Source: Marsupella aquatica
Lineage: Eukaryota > Plantae > Marchantiophyta
NCBI GenBank assembly: GCA_973895155.1
Contig: OZ316895.1
Span: 9,226,184-9,290,183, forward strand
DNA length: 64,000 bases
Direction: 5' to 3'
The notes below the pieces were generated by a model. That model was not told the origin of the DNA and searched no databases. It saw only the letters and a program-made list of their open reading frames with translations. A program made the translations under genes and the position numbers. The number at the start of each line of letters is the position of its first letter. Positions within the stretch are counted from its first letter, which is position 1. Of the stretch, positions 1-12,235 are shown piece after piece.

Positions 1-360
1 TAAAACTTCAATACTTAAACAAAGAGAACCCTAAAAGCCTTTGGAAACAATTAAAGGATAGGTTTGACCATACCAAGACTATCCACCTCCCCAGAGCCCG
101 ACATGATTGGGTCAACCTTAGAGTTCAGGACCACACCTCTATAGCAAACTACAACAACAAACTCTTTAGGATGATGTCATAGTTGGCCCTGTGCGGCCAG
201 CTTGTAAATGATGAAGAGCAAATAGAGAAGACACTCTACGTTTCACTTCAATAACATGATATTGTCATCACAGTACAGGAACATGAAGTTCACCAAGTAC
301 TCTGAACTCATAGTCCACATGTTACTCGCTGAGAGACATCAAGAGTTGCTATTGAAGAAA
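1..360 (+). pseudogene. Ty1/Copia (Bianca-like) gag fragment
   Basis: Manual translation gives LWKQLKDRFDHTKTIHLPRARHDWVNLRVQD...LALCG...QYRNMKFTKYSELIVHMLLAERHQELLL, with a stop and a frameshift. It is colinear with the gag ORF at 60983-61723. Confidence 0.85.
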
Positions 361-364
361 TTGA

Positions 365-2140
365 TACCAATAATCAATTGTTAACCATTTTTCTTCATCA
401 CCAACTCAAAAAACAACTTCAATATTTATTCATGTACCAAGCTACTATGTGAGGATTTCTCACCAAATTCCAAATTTGAGCTTTGCTTGATTCTATCTCA
501 TCTTGTGCATATTTTATGGGCATAAAGCGTTGTAAATTAGGCATCGATGGTCTACATCACAAACTATAAAAAGGATATGTAGACATCCCACCTCTGGGTC
601 TTGCACCATTGCAAGTAGATCAGATTGCATGCATGTTTGACCAATACGGTCGTGTTCCTCAAATATGTTTCCCATGATGTACTATGTCCCATGGCATAGC
701 TACTTCATTGCTTTCAAATTGTCTTATCAAATCTTCCATTGTGATTGATCTGTACTTCATTTTGATGATAATGCTTAGCATAGAACGCTTCATCAGTTTT
801 TGTTTGTCATCTAAATATAGAATTGGCAGCAAACCATCAAAATCAAGTTAGGATGTTGTGCAAAATGAGGATCTTGTAATCATATGAGATGCTTGAAATA
901 CTCATGGGCATTCACATTATGTGTCCATTGAGATTTTAGATCACACTTGCCATTTGGAAATAGTGTAGGGAAACTATCATGAATCTCTAAATTCATTTAA
1001 TCATTGTAATCTCAATATTGACATAAATAAGGACTCACTTTGTTGGTCTTGCCGGAATCTTGTCAGTGTACAGTCTTCCTCCGTGATTCTTGAACCAAGA
1101 TTGGGAACCATGCAATCTCTTACAAGCAAAGCTGGTTGCAATGCACAATCATTCAATATTTCACTATCATTGTCATCCATAGCATTGATGATTACTTCAG
1201 TCTCCATGAGTAGCAGGAGTGGATGGTATGACACGACATTTTGGTGGTGGTCGCTTGGCCAATGATACTTCCATTTCTTGATTTTTTATTGATAGAGGTT
1301 TATCTATCGGTGTATGTCTCTTGGGGGAATCCCAATTTGCAATATCAAAGATTGCCTTGTGGTTGTGTCTGCAAGCATAAGCCAGCCTTGCAGTAGTGCA
1401 GTTGTTTCAAAGTCACCACATTCCTATAAAGTGTCTTTACTTCTGGTCCGTCTGGCTCTTCAAATCTCTTTGAGGTTGCATCAAAGGTTCTAGGGATGTA
1501 TGCGGCTATTTGTTTGTGACACGGTCAATGTTGCATTCGTTAACCCATAGCACTATGTGTGCATATATGTAGCCATCCTCTTCCCTGCAACTTGTACCTC
1601 ATGACGTAGCGCAACACCTTGCCAAGTATCGTGTGCTTCAACAAAATATAATCTTTGAAGAAATGTTGGACTTGTTTGTGGAATAGGCGCATTCAACGGG
1701 ACAATCTTTCCAAGAGAATGATAGATTTATCTTCCTTGCAATATTTTCCAGATTGACAATCTCAAGCCAGCAGATATCGCTGAGTTTGTCGCAAGTGAGA
1801 GTCAAGAAAAAATGCGACAAACCCCATTTTCTCACCATGCACTTAAGGTTGTCAAGGTGCTTTCTGTGCCATGTCGGGTTTCCGGGAACGGTTTGGGTGA
1901 TTGTTTTTTTAATCAATGATTTGTAGATCCTATTCGATGAAATGTGAGAATTTTTGTTTGATCGGCAAGACTTATTCCTTCTTGATCACAATCATCTTGC
2001 TCATGGATGCTATTTGGCTAGCCTGTTGTAACTCGTACATCATCGGCATGTACGACTTGTACAAAGTAAACACAACTGTTGGGTCTTGCATTTCATGTTG
2101 TCGATCAAGCTGAGCTCCCAACTGAGCTGTCCTTGGTGAA
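365..2140 (-). pseudogene. Degenerate Helitron Rep (HUH endonuclease) region, Helitron2/Helentron-like
   Basis: ORF 1638-1916 has VPGNPTWHRKHLDNLKCMVRKWGLSHFFLTLT (Rep motif 1). About 1545-1630 on the minus strand reads ILGKVLRYVMRYKLQGRGWLH/AHIVLW (HUH motif 2, frameshifted). VSYHPLLLL lies near 1210-1240. No helicase or termini seen; boundaries are approximate. Confidence 0.75.
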
Positions 2141-2145
2141 ACCTA

Positions 2146-3576
2146 TGATACACTGGTTTGAAGTTAAAAGCGTTAAAATGAAATTATTTTTCACTTTTTG
2201 GATAGAAAAGTGAGAATGGAGCGCCTAAAGCATACTTTTGGTATCCTTGAAGCTATAGTGGGTCAACCTTGAGTTATGAGTGATGGCCCGTTTGTTGCTA
2301 TATCGTTATTGTTTTTGAATTTTGACTTTCGCTCTTGACCACCCAAGCTTGCCCGAAGTATCCTCTAGTCAACCTTGGAAGAAATTGAAGTTTGGGAATT
2401 GTTTTGAGAAAGTGAAGGTGATTGAAGAACCTTGAAGTTGACCCATCTTTCCATTTCATGACCAAATTGAGTGGACTTTTCTTTCACCTTGTGCCCCTTG
2501 CTATAGCTTACCTTGTTGAACACCCATCCCAAAAATTTGATAAAGAGTGGAGTGATATTAACAAAGTTATTAAGTTTTTAGTCCAACCTGTATCCTTAAC
2601 CCAACCACCCAATATTTGTGAAAAAGGTCAATTCGGAAATATTTTTCAGTGAGTTAATAAGAGGATTCAGACTTTGAAAGTTTTCATGTAGGTTAGAATG
2701 AAGTCTAGTTCCCTTCTATGATGCTAGTTTTTACTTAGAAACCTTAGTTTATATTATGTAGTTTAGATTTACCTAGTTAGTTTAAGGTTGGATTTGAATA
2801 GGTTTGCTTTAAATAGTTCACCTTTTAGAGCTTCACTCCCAAGATAAGGAGACCCCAAATCAAACTTTGGATTATATTCCATGTTATTTCCTTCTTTTTT
2901 ACCATGGTTAAGTAGAGAAGAAGATTAGCAATTCTTAAGTTGTCATGAAATGTTCAATGGATGCTAGTATGTGACTATGATGTTATTGGAAGATCAACAA
3001 GGTCTGTGACTAATACATATAAACATCCATCAAAGAGGGAATTGAAATTTCTATGAAACTCAAACAAACAATCTTAAGGATAGTAGGAGAAGTAAACTAA
3101 TTTGGGTAATTCAGTACTGTCTGGTGACCAAAAATATTCCTTGGATTGATTTACATGAGGATTTTTCTGAATTCAAGAGATAAAAAAGAATGTCTATGAG
3201 AAATCAAAAAGCATATGCAACATTGTTTACCAAATCTTAAATTAGGCCATAATCCTTGTTGAAGGAGTGGTGATGGTTGGAATCCAATGTCCTTGCGGAT
3301 TGAAATCTTATACATATTCTTTAGCCTAGTTTTTTTTTTTAATTCTAGTGTTTATTTTTGCACCGTGAATCTTGCGAATTACCCACTTGAGTTTTGTGGT
3401 TAAACACTTATGTTAAGGAAATTTTAAATTTCCCCAACCTGAAGAATGTTGGTATAAGCTTCTCAAATTGTGATAATTCGGTCTTTTGGATCTCATCCAC
3501 TCCTAACGGGAACAAAATTAAGTTGTTAAGGAGTAAAATTATTATTTATCTTCTTATCACTTTGCTACATACTACA
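2146..3576 (+). mobile_element. Old Gypsy (non-chromovirus) 5' LTR
   Basis: Begins TGATA and ends ...TACTACA, followed after 7 nt by a PBS. Its length (~1.43 kb) and LTR-spacer-PBS layout resemble the intact element at 38979. The start coordinate is inferred. Confidence 0.6.
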
Positions 3577-3583
3577 CTCGTTT

Positions 3584-3601
3584 TGGCGCCACTGCCGGGG
3601 A
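3584..3601 (+). promoter_or_regulatory. Primer binding site (tRNA-Asp type, as in Athila-like elements)
   Basis: TGGCGCCACTGCCGGGGA; nearly the same motif is at 40372 in the intact Gypsy. Confidence 0.7.
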
Positions 3602-3812
3602 GTGACTGAGATCAAAAGACCTGAGGAGACAATGGATATCAAAATAATAAAGGAAATGTGAAGAAGTTTTGCAATAAAGGGAATATGCTCTGCATCAGGT
3701 GTTGTTGGATGTTGATTTTGAATTATGTTGAGGAATGGAGCTACAACTTGGCATTGGATCTACAACATTTGAGATAACTTCTTGATACTACACTAGTATA
3801 TTTTTGGCCCAT

Positions 3813-4345
3813 TATCCGATGCCACATCCATCGGATCCCTTTGAAAATGAAGCAAAGTAAAATTGGGCTGTCCGAAGCAGCACGCTACGCACTTTCCCAT
3901 TCAAAATGCATTGGATATGGATCATCGGACACTAATCGGACTTTCCGTTGCGCAATGTAACGGACATTCCGATTGAAATTGCTTTGCATAATATCCGTTC
4001 CGATTGTTATTGTATCGGATTAATGTGGCAACCAGGATCTTATTTTCAAGGCTATCCAATAGTATCTCCATTGAACGTTCCGATAGTATTTGCATCGGAA
4101 GTTCCGATAGTAGCTTCATCGAACATTCCAATAGTATCTACATCGAATGTTCCGATATTAATAGGTTCAGAAATCCCGAAGGGATTGTGTGATACCGTGG
4201 TTATAACTAAGGAAATTAAAAAGTGCCAAAATTTAAAAAATTTCAACTTTTAGTGGTTAACGGAGTATAATTTGATCGGGAAGGACCATAAAAAGCAAAT
4301 TGCAGTAGGAAATCCGGAAATATTCGGATAGCACCATTTTCGGAA
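3813..4345. repeat. CACTA left subterminal repeats
   Basis: Many TCCGAT/ATCGGA motifs in both orientations, plus ~24 bp tandem units (ATCGAACATTCCAATAGTATCT-like) at ~4050-4160. Confidence 0.8.
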
Positions 4346-4700
4346 CTCTTAAGTAATGGCACCGTTAAGCCATGCGAGAAGGCGTGGGAGAATGAATATT
4401 AAAACCATAAGTCTGACGTCCGATAGGAGACCGAAAGTTGGCAACCGAGTTCTTAAAACCACACCAGACCGAGCATTCCTCACACCACTGAACTGCTGCG
4501 AAAATCTTTTGCGAGGAATCATAGGAGAGATTAGAGCCGGACGAGGTTGCCATTTCAAGGCATTAGTTGAAAGGAAGTTGGTTACGGGGGAAGTGAGTGA
4601 TTGGTTGATTGAGAGGGGAAGTTTGCGACTTGATTGAGATTTTTGGATTTGATTTGAAGGGATTTTAATTTGGATTCTTTCTCTCCATCTCCTAATCATA

Positions 4701-5299
4701 GTGAAGAGAAAGGACCCGGATTTTGCCCCGGACAAATCCGGAATCTGGACGCTACCGAAGCGGACGACCAAGGAGCGAACAGTCATTGTGAATGAAAAGC
4801 CACTACGACCGGAGATTCCCACGGATTTGGCATGGAAGGACTGCTTACAGAAGAACCTTGAGACCATGGGTTGTGCAAAGTTGATGGAGTTGCCATGGGG
4901 ATACCAGAGTGCAGTATTCATGAAGGAGGTCCGGAATCACATGACCCTTGCTTCTGAATTTCTGGATTCGATCAGAGCCAAACCGGAAAAGTGGACCGCG
5001 GCAGTTATCTCTTCGCTTTTGGATGTGCCTCTGAAGGGAGAAGGCTTCGTGACCTCTAAGAATGACTTTGTGGATAACTATTTTGATGGAGAAGTTGACC
5101 CAAAAGATGGCTGGAAGATGTCTTAGTGCTATAATGAGGAGTTTTCCGGCGTCCTGTCCTTTTTGCTACCACTTCTTTTCCCTGCCAAACCTCAACGAGT
5201 TACAATCCGGATTGGGAATACGATTGTTGCTTCTTACATAGGAGAGAAAAAGGTTTCCTGGGCCAAAGTTTTGGAGGAAGTTATAGCCAACCAGGTCCG
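4701..5299 (+). pseudogene. Unnamed TE-associated domain (homologous to the Gypsy ORF3 N-terminus), truncated by the Gypsy insertion
   Basis: ORFs 4701-5126 and 5163+ are in one frame with a single stop: MGCAKLMELPW..IRAKPEKWT..GEGF..KDGWKMS*C..LSFLLPLLFPAKPQRVTI..KKVSWAKVLEEVIANQVR. This aligns with 47995-48600 and ends at the LTR at 5300. Confidence 0.7.
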
Positions 5300-5435
5300 T
5301 GTCGTGCGCATACACATCGCTACACAACATACATCGCTTGTCACATACATCCACACATAGTCACATTGCCACATCACAAACACAAGAGAATGGAATACAA
5401 GTGGAACTCATGTCCACACATGTCCAAAACCCACA
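5300..5435 (-). repeat. Short 3' LTR (~136 bp) of the DNMT-Gypsy
   Basis: TG...CA boundaries. A purine-rich PPT (AGGGGGGCGAT on the minus strand, ~5436-5447) precedes it, and the host ORF is cut exactly at 5299. There is no 5' LTR for confirmation. Confidence 0.6.
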
Positions 5436-5611
5436 ATCGCCCCCCTAGCTGGGAGTAAGGTCCCCTAACTCTAGCTAGCCATGAGTTCTACAAGGTTGAT
5501 ATACACCTTTTTAGGTGTGAAGATCAGGAGGCCGGGTGCAAGTGAGCCCCATCGATCACCTACCTGCAATCCATATCTGCCAAGAGAACACAAATGATAA
5601 CTAGTCGGCTT

Positions 5612-5752
5612 CACCGACACTGAGGACACAACCATGATCCACTAGGAATCACCTGCAATGGTGGTGTCAAACATGACATGTGTCATCCTCTAGAACACTT
5701 ATCACAAATCAACATAGTAGTTGCTCCCTAGGCAGATCCACACAACATACAT
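5612..5752 (-). pseudogene. C-terminal PHD finger of pol
   Basis: In frame with ORF 5728-8085: CMLCGSA*GATTMLICDKCSRG*HMSCLTPPLQVIPSGSWLCPQCR*, a C4HC3 pattern with the conserved W before the last CxxC and two internal stops. Confidence 0.85.
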
Positions 5753-8700
5753 TTCAAGCTAGCATGAACATGTGCCAAGCTTGGATCTACTGTACCATCA
5801 ATGTTGGAAAGGTGACATGGTGCACAGTTGCGCACATGATCCTTCCAAACCATACCATTGCGTCCCTCCAACATCAGGACACCAGAAGGCAACACTTCAC
5901 GCACACTTAAGATTGTCCAGCCTGCGGTCACATCAAGTGTTGTGGGTGCTGTCTGCTGCAAATAAACATAATCACCAGGATGAAATCGTCGAATGCTTGC
6001 AAGGTAACCTCCTCCACAAATAGTGGCATACCTCAAAGTATCACGATGTTGGGCAATGGCAAGGTTGTCAAAAGCCATGGGCATCACTCTTTGAAATACC
6101 CGTGCTCTCTCTGAATACACCTTGACCCAAACATCAGGATCATCCAAGTTCACAACTGGTGCAGCATCACGACGAATAGCTGTTGGCAAATCTGGCTCTC
6201 TACCATAGAGCAAAAAGTAAGGTGAGAAGGATGCAAGTGATGCTTGCTGACTGAAACGGTAGCCCATAGCTAACCAAGGTAGCTGGAGATCCCAATCTCC
6301 CAGATGACCAACCTGCAAGCCATACTTACGCAATCCTCTCTTCATAGTTTGCACAACTCTCTCAGCTAATCCATCTCCCTCAAGATGATCACGAGAGGTA
6401 GTACGATGATCAATCAAAGCTTGTTCACACAAACTCTCAAACTCTCCACGGAACTCAGTTCCCTGATCAGTCAACACCTCAGTTGGTGCTCCAAAATGAC
6501 TGAGTACGCGATCCAAAAATGTAGCAGCAACTCCTCCACTGGCTTTATCTGGCAACGCCACTAGCTTAATCCACTTGGAGAAGTGCTCCACCATGACCAA
6601 AACATACCGATTATGGCGTTGGGTAAGAGGTAATGGACCAGCAAAATCCAAACTCCAACGATATCCCAAACCCATGATCGGTAACGGGTGCAACTGGGGA
6701 GTGGGAGCATTAAATAATGCTCTCACTCTATCGCATACCACACACTTAGCTATCAACTGCTGGACATGAGTGTGCATACCAAGCCACCAATACTGTGTCT
6801 GCAGCAAGCTATAAATGCGCTTCACACCAAAGTGACCCAACTCCTCGTGTGCATGTCGCACCAAATATACTCGTTGTGATGGTTTTGGTACCACCAACAC
6901 CCTACCATCATGCAGTACTCTCAAAAGATGGTTTCCCTCCCATCGAAACCTCTTGGCTCTTTGTAGAACCCTGTCACGTTCTTTGGCATCAACACTGCCA
7001 ACAATAGAACCACTGCGCAGATATTCCAACACTCTCACATCATTGTGAATATCTTGCTGTCCAAAAGTTACCTCACCAACATCCACATCTGACGACTCAT
7101 CATCCACTCCATCCAATGAGGTAGAGTCCACAGATCCACTGTATGCTGGCACCCAACAAAGAAAGGCAGATGCATGCCATCCTGGCACCATCTCCTTATC
7201 TGACTCATCATGCCATCTGGCTCCAGTCTCATCCTGCTGACTGGTACATGGATTGCGGCTTAATCCATCTGCATCCAAGTTCACTTTTCCAGGCCTATGC
7301 ACCACCTGGAAATCATACTCCTGTAACAACAATGCCCATCGTGCAAGCTTCCTTGTAAGCTTCTCAGACTCCATTAACCACTTAAGAGGCTGATCATCAG
7401 TGATCAAGGTGAAGGGGTTACCAAACAAGTAGCAACGAAAGTGTGCAACAGCCCACACTGCTGCCAAACACTCTCCCTCATAAGAGCTATACTTAGCCTC
7501 TGCTAAATTGTTTGATCTACTGGCATAAGCCACAACAAACTCATTCCCCTCATCATCCTTCTGAGTCAACACTGCTCCAAGTCCTACTCCACTCCAATCA
7601 GTGTGTAGCTGAAATGGTCTGCCTGAAATGGGTCTTCTCAAAATAGGGGATGATGCCAACCTTTGCTTCAACTCCTGAAAGGCATGCTCCTGGTCATCAC
7701 CCCAAATCCATTCCTGATCCAACTTAGTGAGTATGGTCAAAGGTTTAGCAAGCTGGCTAAATCCTTTAACATACCTCCTATAGTAGCTCGCCAATCCCAA
7801 GAATGCACAAACTCTACTCACATCAGTAGGACAAGGAATCTGTGTAATGGCCTCCACTTTAGTCTGCTGTACACCCAATCCCCCTGGGTATATAGTGTGG
7901 CCCAAATACTCAATCTGGTCTTGGAAGAACTTACACTTGCTAGGATGGAGCTTCAACCCATGTGCTCTCAATCTCTCCAACACAGTTTGCAAGTGCTGCT
8001 GATGTTCTTCCACAGTAGAAGAATAGACCAAAATATCATCAATATAACATCTGACAAAATCCAAACCTGCAAGGATTCGATCCATGACTCTCTAGAACTC
8101 AGCTGGTGCTTTCTATAACCCAAATGGTAAGAATAACCAGTGATACAAACGATCTTTGCCATAAGAATCAATCCCCCAGAATGTTGTCTTGGACCTGTCA
8201 GTATGCCTAATTGGAAGCTGATGGTACCCTGCCCTCAGATCCAATGAACTGAAAACCTTTGCATGGCCCACAGCATCAAAGATCTCCTCAGGTGTGGGCA
8301 TGGCATATCTATCAGATTTTGTCTGGCAATTAATGGGTCTGTAATCACCACAATGCGCCTATCTGTGTAATTGCCATGCACATCCTTCTTGGCTGACATC
8401 ACTGTGGCAGATGCATACTCCCCATATGAGATCTCCACCAATCCAGCCTCCAACAAATCTTGAGTTCTACTTTGAATCAAAGCTCTCTCCATGTCACTAT
8501 AACGGTATGGCCTACGAAAGATTGGCGCATCACTAGCCAATTCAATCTGAATACAAAGACCCTTTAATGTCCCCAAATCTTTCATGCTAAATGCAAAACA
8601 ATTCCAATAACTCTTCAGGAATCGATGCATGCGACGTCTCTCCTCCCCTGTCAACTTAGGGCCAAGCTGTGGTTCCCAACTCTCCACCAAATCCCTAATA
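5728..8700 (-). pseudogene. pol: Gypsy pol: reverse transcriptase, RNase H, integrase
   Basis: RT motifs FSSLDLRAGYHQL, LPFGL and CYIDDIL; RNase H LHTDWS..YSSYEGECLA; integrase HEELGH..CVVC, SLDFAGP, LTDQGTEF and GLAER. One frameshift (~8350) and a stop (8113). Confidence 0.93.
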
Positions 8701-8939
8701 TATATCTCTTTGTAGGGTAGAAGAGATAGTCGATGATTGCTATTTAGCAGTAGATTGAGCAGTCCCTTCTTGCTCAACAACCTGTCTAGCCTTGGCCAAT
8801 CCTGCCATAGGTCCATGGACTGTCTGCTCGCCCCAGCTGTGGTCAATATTGTCTCAGTGGACCGCAAGCTCACCAAGGGACAATCAGTAATTCCAGCAGA
8901 GCGCATCCGCAACTGTTCAGCTACTCCCAAGCTGATAAT

Positions 8940-9885
8940 CCAAGTCAAACAATTCAGGTCCATTGCTTGACCAAGAACCTGGCGCCGCAAACCCTCCGAC
9001 ACAAAGGCAACTGCAGTGGTGCCAGTCAAAAATCCCATAGCACGCTCTCTCTCATCAGCAGTAGGTTCCACTAACTGTTGGAGAGCTATGTCCCACACAA
9101 GTCCAGGGCCACCTGCTCTGAATGCATATGAAGTAGAGTGGCTTACAAGAGTGGGTAATGCACAACGTGGGCACCCAACTGCATTGACCATTGCCAATGG
9201 AGGTCTATCAGGTTGGGTCACACCCTATGCACGACGCCCTGGATCCAAAATATCATCCACCACTAAGGCTGGTGAGCGTGGAATGCTGTCAAATGCGCGC
9301 TTCAGCACCTCACATGGGATCAAATTAGTCCACCACAAGCGTGGACGATGTGCACGAGAACCCACACGTGCAGCATCCGATAACACAGTAGGTCCAATCC
9401 AAGACCTCACCTGGTGAACACTGGCAACAATCTGACTACGATCATCACCTAACAATGACACATTCTCCAAAATTTATGCTGGAGACTGTGTCTGATGTAG
9501 CTAGAGATGACGCAGCACCTGTAACATCTCCCAAAACAATGTAGAGCGTGGATCATGAAGTCCATGCCCAACGCCAGCTCTAGATTGGCCCTGACATGGC
9601 CAACCAACAATCACCAAATCAATGGGGCCAACATGATGCAGATGATCTGCCCCCAACAATGAAATATCAGTAGGTAGTGCATGCTGATAACCACGAACAA
9701 CATCCACTGGCAGCAATTGTGGATATCTATCCACCAACATAGCCACATGTCGCAATGAGACCCTTCGTACTGTCTCATCTGACTCCACATACAAATAACG
9801 ACGCACAGGAATTCCTGCCTGAAGAACAACAGCCAATCCAGTGCTAATCCCACCAAAAAGATCCAACAAACAAATACCCTCCGGT
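8940..9885 (-). pseudogene. C5 DNA cytosine methyltransferase domain (DNMT3-like) within pol
   Basis: Motif I LDLFGG, II YLYVESD, III TDI, IV GWPCQG (catalytic Cys), VI LENV, VIII AHRPRLWWTN, IX ERERAMGF, X RRQVLGQAMD. ORFs 9891-10352, 9501-9869, 9225-9470 and 8235-9221 share one frame, separated only by point stops, and run into RT. Confidence 0.92.
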
Positions 9886-9890
9886 GGATA

Positions 9891-11196
9891 CTACCAAGCA
9901 ATAGGAGTGGTATCCAATGGTGAAAGAGTCACAGGTCCATCTGCAAGAGGCTGCTCTGCTCCTGACTGTGGTGTAAAAGCATGACGCCATGCATTATGTA
10001 CCAATCGTGCTACTGTCTGTGGCAAGGCTTGTGCAGTGCCCCACACTGGTGGCACAACACTACCAACAGGTAATCCTCGCATGATGTGCTCCTTATGAGA
10101 CTCCTCCAATGGTGGAACATCTGTTGCATGTGCATTACTCTCAATCAAATCATCAGGTCCAACAATTAGACCACTGAATGTTGCCAAAGACAATGGTGTG
10201 GATTTAGGGCCTCCCACAGGTCCACTAAATCTCACTGATAATTTTCTCAATCGAGCATCTCCTGACTGCCAATCAGGTCTATATGACACTGATTCCTCCC
10301 AAAAATCAAGAATAAATCCCATGGGGTAGAGCACTGTACATCCCACCAACACATTATATGACTCTGCCTTAGTCAGAATAGCTCAAGCCTGTATCTGTGA
10401 GCTATCTGTGGTATGACCTTCCTGAATCCTCAAATCAAGAGGTCTTCTGGTAATGTGCTGTGTAGGTGTAGGTCCCCCCAATGAAGTCTGAATGGAAAGG
10501 GACAATCCTCCAAATCCTCTAGACGCAATCCCAATCCACGTACGGTAGACTTTCCCAACATCAAGGGCTGAGCACCAGTATCTAGTAACACCCTCTCTGG
10601 CTGGTATACTGCTCCAGAAGGCCCAACTAATCGGAAGATACCACTCCGATTATCCAATGATACAACACTAGGTTTAAACCTAGTCCTCTCAAATGCATGG
10701 CGTGCTGGTAAATCCACCAACCTCGCTGCTGCTGCATGCCATGTCTCACTAGTAGTAGTAGGTGGCATGGTCTTCACTGCATCAACACTGCAAGTTGCTT
10801 TTGCATGGGAAGCAACCACTGGAGTGTCCTCACAGAGTGTAGCTGCCAATTTGAACACTTCTGTAGGACCAACTCCCAAGTTCAGCATGTCTGTCGTTGA
10901 AAATAATGGGGCGCGTACCATGGCAGTAGCCGCCCCCAGCAAGGTACCTGTCATCCCTGCTGCATCACTACCTGATTCTGCCAACTTACCCACATCAGGG
11001 TTTGTCCAAACCGGGTTCATAGAGGCAGTCTGAACTGTCTCTGACAATGTAAAAGACTGAGAAAGCTTTGTCTGCCGATGTGCATCCCCCCTTTGTGGAT
11101 CTAACTCCACTACTGCTCCTCGGGACTCAAGAGCTTTGGCTGCCCCACGTGTCAAAGCTGCTGATGCATCAATATGTGCAGTGCCACACATGAATC
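9891..11196 (-). pseudogene. Gag-pol linker and aspartic protease of the DNMT-Gypsy
   Basis: ERVLLDTGAQPLML (DTG active site). After a frameshift comes the SYNVLVGCTVLYPMGFILDFW C-terminal protease segment. Confidence 0.8.
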
Positions 11197-12235
11197 GGTG
11201 GATGGCAAGATCGAGGGGTACCAAAGGACGCAAAAAGGACTGTGGAAAAAAGCACTATGAACCTTTGAGTCCTTTGAAAATGTATGGCCAGGATTGGAGG
11301 ATCTAAGTTATAGGAGTCCATTTGAATTTTGAAAGTACTGCTAAAGAGATTGACTATAAACGTCCTTTGCAGGGTAAGAAGCGCCAACCTGCCTAAGCCG
11401 TGCATTGGTTTCCCCGCTGTCCTTTAGTAAGCATTGGTTTCTGAATGTCGAACTTTCAAATTCAGCCCTGTCACCCTGAAACCTCTGTATGTCCATTGGT
11501 TTCCCCGCCTGTCCTTGAGCTCTGTGTTTGGTTTGCGCATGCTGGAACTTGTCACATTTTGAATTCTTTGGACCCCGATGTGTGGGCTGATCGATTGGAG
11601 CTAGTGTCAACTCTTTCGTGGAGTCTAAGTTTGAGTCTTTCGAGGCTGAATGAGGTTTGTCAATAGATTTCATGATTTTCTCTGTGATTTGCTGTGTGGA
11701 ATGCGACTGGAGACCGTGATTCATTTGGAGCACGGGCCATTTGCTGCTCGTAGTGTCAAAGAGTTTGTGGAGTATTCCTAAACCTGGGCTTGTGTGAGGA
11801 ATCACCGGTGGAATCCGATTGGAACTGATTGGAGCTGGGCCGGTTGCTGTTCGTAGTGTGCTTTTGTCAAGTATTCCTGAAGCTCGACTGGTGCGTGGGA
11901 TTCGAGTGGAGGTGATTGAAGCTTGCACCGCTTGCTGATCATACTGTGGTTTTTGGTCTAACTATTCTTGAAGCTGGACTACGTCTCTTCAGAGTTTGGT
12001 TCAAGTGCTGCTTGGAGTCGTGGTGAGCCACATCTTCTTGAACAATAAGTTTGACGTCGTCTATTGTAGGTTTTCCCTGCAAGCAGTGCGAACCAATTTA
12101 TTTTCTTTTTCCGGCCATTACTTAGGGATTCCGGCTATTGAATATTTGGTCGGTTCCTGCAAAACATTTGGAGTTCGGTAAGCTGTGCATTTGGTTTATT
12201 TGTTGCATTGGCATCATTGTTGTTAGGCGGTTTCG

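Noticed and set aside
3922-4253. Several overlapping short ORFs
   Set aside because: Products of the CACTA subterminal repeats.
8940-9885. DNMT as a bacterial restriction-modification gene or host gene
   Set aside because: Intronless, in frame within Gypsy pol, with no endonuclease partner and no PWWP/UBA/BAH regulatory domains.
11341-11928. 195-aa minus-strand ORF near the copy 1 end
   Set aside because: No motifs, overlaps subterminal repeats, and no conserved counterpart in copy 2.
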